A stretch of 64,000 nt of DNA from a virus, in IMG/VR virus record IMGVR_UViG_3300025030_000060, positions 1 to 64,000 of that record, one strand, 5' to 3'. How positions within the stretch are numbered: position 1 is the first letter of the stretch; each line of letters begins with the position of its first letter. Of the stretch, positions 49,201-56,920 are shown piece by piece. The notes below the pieces were generated by a model that saw only the letters and a list, made by a program, of their open reading frames with translations, searched no databases and was not told where the DNA came from. The position numbers were made by a program, and so were the translations under genes.

Positions 49201-49577
49201 AGGCCACTCCAGACGCCTTCAGCGACGTGCTGAGGGGTGTAGTATTCGTACTGGGAGTTGTCGGAGAGCCCCCCCTTGCCGGAATACTGCTTCAGGGTCG
49301 CCCTTTCCTCTTCGGTGAGGTCTCCGGGGTTGTTGACGCGGGAAAGGATCTCCTTGGCCGCTTTGTTCAGCTTCTCACGGGCCTTCTTGCCGCGAACCAG
49401 TAGCCCGTAGTCGCTGTTCTCGTTCTTGTAGTCGTTGGGGTCCTTCGGCGGGTCCTGTCCGGGGATGCTGATCTTGAAGAGGGTTGCGAAGACCTTGGCA
49501 AAATCAAGGAATGATGTGGCTTGCGAAATACTGAGTTTCGCAAAACCAAGGGCGGTAGTACCGGGGTTGACTCGCAT
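43260..49577 (-). CDS. darB: DarB-like antirestriction protein: N6-adenine methyltransferase plus SF2/SNF2 helicase
   Basis: LKQYSGKGG...YEYYTP, ILDPSTGHG, TNVPFG, DVGLGKT, DEFH, TATPVTN, QRNGRGVRQGN; AAGGAG RBS favours ATG 49577 over 49628. Confidence 0.92.
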   Translation of the reverse strand: MRVNPGTTALGFAKLSISQATSFLDFAKVFATLFKISIPGQDPPKDPNDYKNENSDYGLLVRGKKAREKLNKAAKEILSRVNNPGDLTEEERATLKQYSGKGGLSDNSQYEYYTPQHVAEGVWSGLVANGLANGNILDPSTGHGMFSATKPGGIVITGCDLDPTASKVAQLLNAGDSITNKSFEKFCSDTPDNSFDGCCTNVPFGDARGAYKFDDPPYKNEGKIQRYFISRILDKIKPGGLAVLIVPTDIVGAKGSTDWAKWRNSVSRKAEFLGAHKLPSKTFAAQGTDTVVDVVVFRKHPQSLLDVVNDLTFETLISTNVIFDEFIAGRYWLGEGRPFIMGKWVPKIAGDRFSREAVDGDVDDAGLKAKLASKFVSRIDWAALSVAEPVTRNYVDGDRKMINGIECEMQHGAWVRVASVDAKEAIDPAKYGASSIEELKARLGSPKGCLSFTVYQLFAIFKTYPDLLPALASAAIEFAMSQPKEELAEQLYRGSIIGGMIARYQDRFNDGNADDSERLALQDLVANEIDRFGHPKNNRGIMLTGESSKMFGLFSNALDAKGNFSDLLNGTLEESGRHLQYDSTNVQALVEHLFIREGIQTIELDDVQKLYTGGMPVATLGDLAAFDNVAISPDGIIYPMSRYCSGDIYPKLQALYAAMADETDERIKQKYMQMIGIIDGKRKRTNPADIMFDFNHKWYSKQYVLDFLKENGYPNVTYGSDQEVQKEDPYSGKMRTAKEWTEDPENPFGSFRILGGKKPAGFDLQFENYMNGNAIRGGKGDDDGDLKKQYYDNIKNFRETFNMWMQQQPNIDELAEQYNMKFNAFLPPEYEMTDLGLQGVSKKIVLHGYQNAAIRRFSEEGRGILADDVGLGKTLQTLALVKYNLQMGRSKKTCIVVPKAVFSNWYHEARNYYEGMDDALFVGMRFDRAKEGAILQEPVLDEEGNQKINKYTKEAMWQDKIASGEFDATEVYDDMWQIPQSNVKLVVMTYEKFKSIPLRPDTKQGFIDKWSQRGLLSKQAIKANSEGKDDEVGDEKSLNYNEVKQVERAEGKFADTGAKKGELPYFEDMGFTDVITDEFHSYKNSFEAGEEASRLAYVSTAPASQRGLDMQMKMGHIRANNNDRGSYGLTATPVTNSPVEIFNMLAYVMPLEEFERFGVFTPDDFIRVFGQKDIVDKMTIANETKATEGLVGFQNLDGLRNIFHKYCLLRTAKDVNLDLPPSEEFHEEAILTDEQQDIYDELREEAKAATKDDSSTFSGKPRPVFSIIRDMEQVSMDPDIFHGRMTFHFAKGDQGKVTQLLKIIPPEVTVRVTPRVGDPEYDLERAEMGEPQKPVNRTYRLLDSLETSMKGDAFIVRLADAFEPFLMDAKKLRDVKLDVGTVGHPLTPKYALMVDRVQKIHELGGKQIIFSDEKAQHQKVARILTHYLPMLRGKIGIINADEAKGSELQRISDRYNSGEYSMVICNQKAEVGVNLQKGTRAIHHLTFPWTPSSIQQRNGRGVRQGNEADNIKIYYYQGKGSFDAYRLHLISKKAGWIGDIFRSDSATAANANAASADEIRFMFEDNPEEAKRKYMEAEAKKAEKAKAQAKARLVNQLQVLASNASVLPRLEQEKEAERTNLAEDISDMNRQIENLRYRGLRTEEGSEERKNISKSIQKKQDALERTQWKLDSLDTRYNNKKAEVQARINKITLELRVRAQKGELPFDEKLIDNPGNCVVTPKGVVLTVGDMYEFKDSYSGTIVIKVIEVNSASRGFKADALMGQLNWNSIPKQSDNEWYDVQDFIADRSPVKVSYSEKEMALQKLLSQEWRYADLLRGDLDRETFTEHYDKIRFYSYDGFVLRGAQGVMFGKPQTGLTVNYPDVDNETWKKEVCEAYLSLKRAGRAYDANSVMRLVFGSGYDAIASEYGRKATEVEILTACATAWKAAMEKQVSLGGVVVGRSVDLAAGEIKTAAQALGDNTSEITRIADQYLNRLKEDIRAKEAQAKAEAERAALEAIRNDPNFKEVPEQVKAAFLALGITVKTNNTNVVIPGYKGRPAKSHAPFTSWFFQDKNGFNGVLRRVSPMMKTRWTAQFFSETGGDFNGAWWYVPISTDLAEVYKLMA

Positions 49578-49671
49578 GGATGCTCCTTGAAGGGGAGTTA
49601 AAAAAACATTCGCGGCGGCATTTGACATATAATGCCGCCGCGAAGTCCATGCTTATTACTGTTTGCTCAGG

Positions 49672-52600
49672 CTATTCCCCTGATTTATCCTCTGTGATGC
49701 CGAATTCCTTCTGCATCTTGGCTGCGGAGGGCACCGGCATTCTCTCTCCGCTGGCAAGAACGACATCATGGAAGGTAGTCGGGTAGCGGGCAAATACCTT
49801 GCCGTTGACACTGGTAGAGATGACCTGCTGGGTGCGAACCTGAAAGCCTGACTTGTCCGGGAAGGTCATGCGTATGGCGTGATCCCGGACGTTGCCGAAG
49901 AGGGCCACGTCGCCGCCGCCCTTGCGCTCCAGCACGTCGCCCAGCTTCCATGCCATCTTGTTCTCGAACTGCTCGATGTAGAAGTCGGCGGAATCACTCG
50001 CCAGCTTCGCCATGACATTCTGCCAGTTCGGGTTGAGCTTGCGGGTCGGGACCATGAGAGGGGCCAACTCTTCGCTTACCCTCGCATAGGTCTGGTTCTC
50101 CCACTGGTTCCCACTGCGTCCGGGACGTAGCAGGTTGAAGTCGCCATCGGTGAAATAACGCTCAACCATGACGGTGAATCTCGTGGTGATCGACTGTACG
50201 ATCTCGGTGCGGAAGTCGGCGGAAATGAGGTCGAGGACCTTTTTCAGCTCCGGGCGCTCCTTGTGGCGCTTCAGGGTCGCGTCCTCCTGCTCCTTCTTTA
50301 CGGTCTTCTCCTGCTCCTTCTCCAACTTGGCGGTCTGCGCCTCTTCCTTCAGACGCTTGTTGATTTCCCGCTCCTTCTGGTCGCGCAGGTCGGCGACGGT
50401 CCAATAGAGGTCAAGGTCCCCTATCTGCTCCTTGGAACCGCGTAGGCTGGGTATCAACTCGAACTTGTCATTATCCAGATTCTCCATCTCGCGTTTGGTA
50501 GTAACTGCATCCATCCGGGCCAGATAGTCCTGCATGCCGGGGATACCAGCGGCTATGGAGCGCAGCACGGCTACACGCTGGGGTCCCGTTTTGGGGTTCT
50601 TGGGAATGGCAGGGGCGGGCTGCATCGACTGGATTGATTTAGCCAGCGCCCGCGCCTCTTCCATCTGGTCCGGGGCGAAGGTGGTAGTGCCCCCCGACTC
50701 ACGGGCGTCGAACTTCACCACGTCGTAAACGGTAAGGGTCCCGGCCTCGCCCGCCCAATCAAGGTGCGCTTCGGCGCTGTGCCACTCCTTGCCTGCGGCT
50801 ACCATCGCGGTCATACTGTCGCGCCCCTGCGGGACGTACCAGAACACGTTGAGCCCGTTTCTTAGCAGTGCTTCGGTATGCTCGGCAACCGTGGCGCTCA
50901 TGGTGCCCTTAACGATAGCGTCTCCGAAGGAACCGTCTTTACCGCGCTCCGTACTGACCTTGAACTCGTCCCGCTTGATCCCGGAACGGAGCATGGCGTC
51001 AATGAGGCGGGACGCCTGCATGGTCGGTGCGCCCTTGCGGTTCAGGGACTGTTCCCACTCCTTGTACGTGGCGTCGGGGTCAGTAGTAGCCGGGGTAGGC
51101 TCCGTCTCTTTCACGTCTGCATCCCTGCTCACCTGATAGTAATACCCGTGGCCGCGCTTCTCATCGTCAAAACTGAACTCGCAAATTTCGTTGAACACGC
51201 TTCCGTCGAGGTTATGGATGTAACACTGGTAGTCGTAGGGCTGGATACGGACGGTTTCAGCCTTTGCAGGGGCATCGGAGCCATCAGACTCGCGGGTAGG
51301 CTCCCCTTTGCCATATCGGGCATGTTTGACTCCATTCGTGACGGAGTAGGTATCGTCGCTCGGACGGGACGGGTTTTCAAAGGTTTCCCGGTCGAGGTCA
51401 AAGGCCAGCCCCTTCTTCTCGCAAGCAGCCTTTATGGCTCTGAAGAACTCAGCCACGGTCACATTTTGCCGGGATACTTCTACTTCGGATTTCATGGCAC
51501 CCTCCTTATCGGTAGATGCCACAACCTTAAACCCGTCTTGATTATTTGTCAAACGGTTAATCACTCCGGCAGCTTCTTTTGCCTTCATGATAGCCGTTTC
51601 TAGGTCCGGATAGATGTTGGCAACCGGCACGACCTCCCCGGAGTCGAGGTCTTTGAGGGTGACGGAGTAGCCCTTTTCCACCTTGGCAACCCGTGCCTCG
51701 GTTCCGTCCTCTTCGTTGCGGAAGGTCTCGATGATCTTGGAGGTAGAGGGCGGGTCGATGAACCCCGGCCACTTCTGCGCGAAAGCCGCTTGTATGTCGT
51801 CAAAGGATACTGCGTCAAGGATTCGGGCTTTCCATGCGAGCGGGGAGCGTTGCGCCCATTCTCGTAAATCGGACTCTGTGAAAGCCGCTTCCAGTATTAC
51901 ATCAGAGAGCGGCTTTGTGGTGTCACCGGCTGAAAGCCATTCCTTGAAGTCGGGCATGTGCATGGCGGTCATGGCCCCCAGGCGCTTCGCCCCCTTGCCG
52001 TCAGAGAAACCGGCTATGTATAGGTCGCGGGCCTCCTTCTGCGACAACGTGCCAAGGTAGACTTTTGCTTCGTCGTAGCGGCCCGTTTTGGCGTCCACTT
52101 GGTCCACGATGAAAACAAGTTCGCTCTCGGGGTGATCGCCTATGTAGCAGTCAACATGATCCCCGTCTTTTGCAAGAGTGCCCTTGAAAAATCCGTAAGT
52201 GGCGGCCATGGTCACTTCCCACGGTGTACCATCCGGGTCAATGCCGCTTCTCTTGCTCCCCTTCGGGTTCTCTATGGAGATACGGAGACCGTGCATGGTG
52301 ATGTGACCGTGGCGGTAATTACCGGCTTCAAGCTGCGCCTGCGTCGGGTGCGGCAGGTCGTTCAGGTGAGAGGTGGCGGCCTCATGCGCGGCTGCGTGGA
52401 CCTCTTCGGCGGTGGCGGATTCGAGGATGGGCTTGACAGGCTTGTCGTCTTTTGATACGGTTGGACCTGAACCCGCTTCTTGCTTGCGACTTTCGGAAAG
52501 GCCCTCCGATTTGCCACCACTTTCATCCGTGGGAGGAACATGAGGGATATTTACGGTCGCCCCTCCGTGAGCAAGGATGCGGGCTTTTTCTTGCCTAAAT

Positions 52601-53259
52601 TTTGACAGATACTTGTTCGCCTTGGGTCCTGACAACTTCCAGAAGTTCCATACTATGTTGGTGCCGTCTTTCGGACCTATCTCTACTATCGTCAGATAGT
52701 CTTTCGCAGCATCCCGATATATAAAAAGAACGCTTTTCTCTCTATGCTGTGTAAGAAAACTCGTGCCTACGTTGGGAAGAATCTCAGTCGGGTGCGTTAC
52801 GGCCAGTCTCAGGTATTTTTCGTCGTCCTTAGTGAGCTGATTGCCATGTCGATTGCGGATATAAACGATGGTACTGCCATCTATCGCTATCACGCTCTCT
52901 TCAGTGTCAAACCCTAGCGCCCTGACTTCCTGCAAGGCTTTACCTTGCAAGCGTCCCAATACGCTCGGCTTGAGACGCCACTCAGCATCAGCCGATTCCG
53001 TAATAAACCCATCTTCGGCCATGGCTGCGTAAAGCTCATCGCGCCATACACCGCCGTGTTGTACCGCACTTTCCATAACCGCCCCGATCCCCATGGATTT
53101 TTTGAAGACGCCCGTGACGTACTTCCAGAAGCCTTCCCCATCCGACTCTTTGAGGCCGTTCTCCCCGGCTATCACCTTCGCCTGTTTCCAGCGTTTATCC
53201 GCTTCGGCAAGGTCGATGCCAGAATCATCCGCTATGGATTTTACAAGAGCTGCGGGCAT
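49672..53259 (-). CDS. Polyvalent virion protein: small N-terminal domain, PBECR-like nuclease domain, inorganic pyrophosphatase domain and others
   Basis: PTQAQLEAGNYRHGH...IENPKGSKRSG...YG...DGDHVDCYIG...DEAKVYLG (InPase); YIRNRHG...LFIY...VEI...NFWK (BECR-like). Confidence 0.8.
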   Translation of the reverse strand: MPAALVKSIADDSGIDLAEADKRWKQAKVIAGENGLKESDGEGFWKYVTGVFKKSMGIGAVMESAVQHGGVWRDELYAAMAEDGFITESADAEWRLKPSVLGRLQGKALQEVRALGFDTEESVIAIDGSTIVYIRNRHGNQLTKDDEKYLRLAVTHPTEILPNVGTSFLTQHREKSVLFIYRDAAKDYLTIVEIGPKDGTNIVWNFWKLSGPKANKYLSKFRQEKARILAHGGATVNIPHVPPTDESGGKSEGLSESRKQEAGSGPTVSKDDKPVKPILESATAEEVHAAAHEAATSHLNDLPHPTQAQLEAGNYRHGHITMHGLRISIENPKGSKRSGIDPDGTPWEVTMAATYGFFKGTLAKDGDHVDCYIGDHPESELVFIVDQVDAKTGRYDEAKVYLGTLSQKEARDLYIAGFSDGKGAKRLGAMTAMHMPDFKEWLSAGDTTKPLSDVILEAAFTESDLREWAQRSPLAWKARILDAVSFDDIQAAFAQKWPGFIDPPSTSKIIETFRNEEDGTEARVAKVEKGYSVTLKDLDSGEVVPVANIYPDLETAIMKAKEAAGVINRLTNNQDGFKVVASTDKEGAMKSEVEVSRQNVTVAEFFRAIKAACEKKGLAFDLDRETFENPSRPSDDTYSVTNGVKHARYGKGEPTRESDGSDAPAKAETVRIQPYDYQCYIHNLDGSVFNEICEFSFDDEKRGHGYYYQVSRDADVKETEPTPATTDPDATYKEWEQSLNRKGAPTMQASRLIDAMLRSGIKRDEFKVSTERGKDGSFGDAIVKGTMSATVAEHTEALLRNGLNVFWYVPQGRDSMTAMVAAGKEWHSAEAHLDWAGEAGTLTVYDVVKFDARESGGTTTFAPDQMEEARALAKSIQSMQPAPAIPKNPKTGPQRVAVLRSIAAGIPGMQDYLARMDAVTTKREMENLDNDKFELIPSLRGSKEQIGDLDLYWTVADLRDQKEREINKRLKEEAQTAKLEKEQEKTVKKEQEDATLKRHKERPELKKVLDLISADFRTEIVQSITTRFTVMVERYFTDGDFNLLRPGRSGNQWENQTYARVSEELAPLMVPTRKLNPNWQNVMAKLASDSADFYIEQFENKMAWKLGDVLERKGGGDVALFGNVRDHAIRMTFPDKSGFQVRTQQVISTSVNGKVFARYPTTFHDVVLASGERMPVPSAAKMQKEFGITEDKSGE

Positions 53260-53426
53260 GGTTTCCCCTCTTTAATTAAATTGGTGTGCTCACCGAGACA
53301 CTTCGGGCAGTAGAAATGGTCGTGAGGGAGGTCAAGGCGGATGGAGTTTACCAGCCCACAGTCCCCGGCCTCATGATAGTAACCTCTGACATCGTTGCCG
53401 CAACAAATGTGCTCAGTCGTCGCCAT
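53241..53426 (-). CDS. Small Cys/His protein
   Basis: CC...C...CPKC; coupled overlaps. Confidence 0.5.
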   Translation of the reverse strand: MATTEHICCGNDVRGYYHEAGDCGLVNSIRLDLPHDHFYCPKCLGEHTNLIKEGKPCPQLL

Positions 53427-53769
53427 CATCGTCATCGTCGGCCCACCGGCTGTCATCCTCGGCGTCCGGGTTCTGCTCCGGCACAAAGCCGATGATGTCG
53501 TAGGAACTGATACGGCGGTCGTGGTGCGTCGTCTGGTTCATCAGAAGGGCATGGTCAAGGTCCATAGGGGAGACGGCCTCCAGGGTGAAAAGCTGGCCCC
53601 TGAAGCCTATGCCGTGATCCCGGAGGTAGTCCGTCAAGGGTGCCGCGCCGGGGCCTGTCACTTCCGGGACCGCTGCGACATCCCATTGGGTATCCGGGAA
53701 GCTGATCTTCACGGAGCCTGTCAGGGTCATAACCGCAAAGAGGTAGGGGAGTGGGAGGAAGTATGTCAT
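53413..53769 (-). CDS. Hxr-like small protein
   Basis: Position after ddrB as in P1; GFRGQL...SPMDL; acidic tail. Confidence 0.5.
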   Translation of the reverse strand: MTYFLPLPYLFAVMTLTGSVKISFPDTQWDVAAVPEVTGPGAAPLTDYLRDHGIGFRGQLFTLEAVSPMDLDHALLMNQTTHHDRRISSYDIIGFVPEQNPDAEDDSRWADDDDDGDD

Positions 53770-55959
53770 AGCGCCCCCTTGATGGTCGGGTCCTGCGCGA
53801 ATTCTTTGGAAATGGTGATCTTCTTTTGGTTGAAAACGTCCCCGGTGAGCCTGTTGATAGAGTACGCCCCGCTTTCAGGCTTACCCGCCGCGAGGAAGAG
53901 CCAGAGCGCCCGCTTCGCGTTCTTCTCGCCCTTCACGTTCCAGGATGACCTAAGCCTCCCGGAACCGTCCTCGTGAGGCCATACCACGGACCACTTATTT
54001 CGGTAGGAGTTGTACAGCGAGTACCCAGTGCCCTCCCAGAAGTCCCCTGCCTTGGCAATCTTCTTGTCCAGCGCCTTCAGGAAGTCCTCGGAGGTCTGCA
54101 CGGCGTCTTTCTGGTCCGTCATGGCCGATTGCTGCGCGGCCACTCTTGTTTTGTCGATCCTCGCCGGGGTCGCCATGTACCCCACCATGAAGTTGAAATG
54201 GTCCGGGTCCTTTTCAAGGAGCGTTGCCATGGCTTCCGGGGAGTTGAAATATTGCATGCCCATGGAAAAGACTTCGGTGATGCCGTTACGGTAATATTTC
54301 CCCACATAGGGGTCTATGAAGGAGTCAGCATAAGCTACCTCATCACGCCCGTACCGCGTGTTTCCGGTGAGCTGGGAAAGCCTCGTGACTTGCTTATTTT
54401 CCACCCTGCCTGTGCGCTGGTCAAGAAAGCGGTTGGAGATGGCCTTCGTTCTCTCGTCGTCTTCCAGGATGTGGGCGAGTTCGTGGAAAAAGGTAGTCTT
54501 GCCAAATGCACCCGCCACATAGACCACGCCAGTCAACGGCTGTGCCGCAGCCCTCCCACCCCCTTTGGTCTCGAAGCTGATCCGGGAAAGCCTGCCGCCC
54601 GTGAGCCGGTGGAACTCAGTCATGTCTTGCTTCAACGTAGTCATGTCGTAGCCGCGCTTCTTCAGGTTGGTCTGCATGTTCTTGGTGACAAGAACCATTT
54701 CGTCAAACCACGCATCGGCGGCCTCTTTGGAAATGGGGGAAGCGGCTATGACGTGATCCTTGATCTTGCCGATCTCTGTGCGGGCGGTGGCAATCGCGGC
54801 CTTCTGCGCTTCGGTGATCGCCTTATACTCTACCGTTATCTGCTCCATCTCGGCGTTGAGGTCCCCGGCTTCCTTTTTCGGCTTGCTCGTAAAGGGTCTG
54901 CATCTCCTGCCGCACGGCCTTCACGGCGTCGTTCTGCTCATCCCAAAGGCCCTGCATCTTTGCTGACCATGCCTCATACTTTTGGATGTATTCCGCTTGG
55001 GTTTGGAAATTATCTCTGGCGTAGGAGTAATCGGCAGGTTTTTCTATTGCCAAATTATCCCGGAGCATCTGGTATCCCTTGCCAAGGTTGACGATCTCCA
55101 GTTTCTTCCCCTCGTAGCCGTTCTTTTCCAGGGCTGCGGTTCGCCGCTGGTCGTAAGCGAAGATGATCGGACTGGCCTTGGTGTTCAGCTCTTCCATGGC
55201 ACGGGTGATCTCGTCGTTGGCCGCTTTGATTCGCCTGATGGCCGCCATGGGGGCCACGCCTGCGCGGGCGCACACGTTCTGTGCCTCGTCCCGGTATGCT
55301 GCGAGCTTCATGTCGGTGTAGGCCGTCGCCTCTATCGGGTTCTTGAGCTGCGCCGTAGGGACCCCCGTCACTCTCGTGATGGTATCCTTGTAGATAAATA
55401 CCCCGTTGTCGAGCTGAATGTTGTAGTTGCTCACGATGTTATTGAAATCCCGCGTCGCCTCCAGGCGGTCGTCAACGTTGGCGTTCTCGTCGTAGGACAC
55501 CGCCATGAGGGCCTTTAACTTTATGCCCAAAGCCATAATGGCGTCCATGTTCTGTGCCGCATCCGAAAGGCCGGGGTAGTTGCCAGCAGGCCCGTTGTAG
55601 TCGAAGGCATGGGCGAACCATGAAGCCAGCGAAGCGAAGTCGGGAGACGCCTGAATTCCTTTGATGGCAGAGACGCGGGCCGTTCCCGCTGCGCTGCCTT
55701 CCAATTCGGCAACCTGGATTCCTTCAAACTTGGCGTCATGCTCGGCGATGTCGTTGCGGAGATGGTCGGCATCCCAGTTGCCGCTAAGGATGTATCCCCT
55801 TATCTCGTCCTTCGTGTACCCCTCGTCCTCGTACTGGGGCCAGATTTTGCCCCACCACTCGTTAAGCAGGTCGTCGTCCGGGGTGATGGCACCCTCAAAG
55901 ATGTGCTTCAGTGCCTGCCAGTCGCCGGAACTCGCGGCTTCAAGGATATGCTGCATCAC
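53766..55959 (-). pseudogene. ddrB: DdrB-like protein with zincin HExxH domain, split into two ORFs (54823..55959 and 53766..54848) by an extra A
   Basis: HELAHILE...DPYVGKYY...TEVFSMG metallopeptidase; deleting one A of the A5 run at 54874-54878 gives continuous AEKEAGDLNAEMEQ. Confidence 0.7.
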
Positions 55960-56918
55960 CCCTCCAGAAGTTTAGCGAGTTTCGGGTTTTCCATAAACCG
56001 CTTTCTCAGCATGGGGTTCTTGGTCTCGATGATGGTTTTCATGTCGAAATCGCCCAACTGCTCGGCATACTTTGCCGCCTTTTCGGGATCGTCATACTTC
56101 TGGCTTTTGAAGTGGGTATCCCCGAATTCGTCAACCTTGCCAGCCTCGTACTGCTTGCGAAAAAGCTCCACCTGATACTGGTAGCCAGTTTGGGGATGCT
56201 CGCCGCGCCAGGCATTCCGGTTGCCCTGTTTCTTCCAGTGCCAAGCAGGGGAGCCGATGGTAGCTGGTGCCTTGGCCGCTTCGAGAATTGTTGATCCGTT
56301 CCAGAGCTTCCCAAATGCCTCCTGCATGGCGCTTTCCATGATGGAAGTCACCTTGTCGGAGTTCTTCTCGATGTAGGCGATGGCCGGACCCTTCAGGGAC
56401 TCGATATCCTTGATCTCGTCGGCAATCTCTTTCAGTTTGCCAAGGAAGGCCAGCGGGTCGAGGCTGTCGAACTTGCCTGCTATCAGGTCGGCGAGGTTCT
56501 GGTTAGCCGGTGCAACCTCTTCACCCTTGGATGGGGTGTATTTAAGCGCCATCGCTAAAACAGCATCAAGCGGGATGTCTCCGGTCCTTTCTCCAACATA
56601 CCCATTGTAAACCCCTTCCCCGTTCACGCGAATGCGGTAGGCCCCAGCGTCTGTCTCCCCCGGCTGTCTGACGTAAACCTGCGTGATGCCGTTGGCGTGG
56701 CTGTAAACGTCGTCTCCTGTACCTACGCGCTTTGTCCATCCAGCAGGCATAACTTCGGCGGGGATGTCCACCTTGGCGTTCAGCTTCGCCATGGCGTCCG
56801 TCAACTCTCTTTGCAGTCGCCGCTTGTCGGTGAATGAGATACCCCCCGCCGCGAGGGCGGCGAGGTTCGTCTTTACTATTTTCTGGAGTGCTCTCTTCTC
56901 GGCAAATGAAAGGGCCAT
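55956..56918 (-). CDS. ddrA: DdrA-like protein with inserted modules
   Basis: Position after darA; helical N-terminus MALSFAEKRALQK; ADLIAGKFD motif. Confidence 0.55.
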   Translation of the reverse strand: MALSFAEKRALQKIVKTNLAALAAGGISFTDKRRLQRELTDAMAKLNAKVDIPAEVMPAGWTKRVGTGDDVYSHANGITQVYVRQPGETDAGAYRIRVNGEGVYNGYVGERTGDIPLDAVLAMALKYTPSKGEEVAPANQNLADLIAGKFDSLDPLAFLGKLKEIADEIKDIESLKGPAIAYIEKNSDKVTSIMESAMQEAFGKLWNGSTILEAAKAPATIGSPAWHWKKQGNRNAWRGEHPQTGYQYQVELFRKQYEAGKVDEFGDTHFKSQKYDDPEKAAKYAEQLGDFDMKTIIETKNPMLRKRFMENPKLAKLLEG

Positions 56919-56920
56919 GA

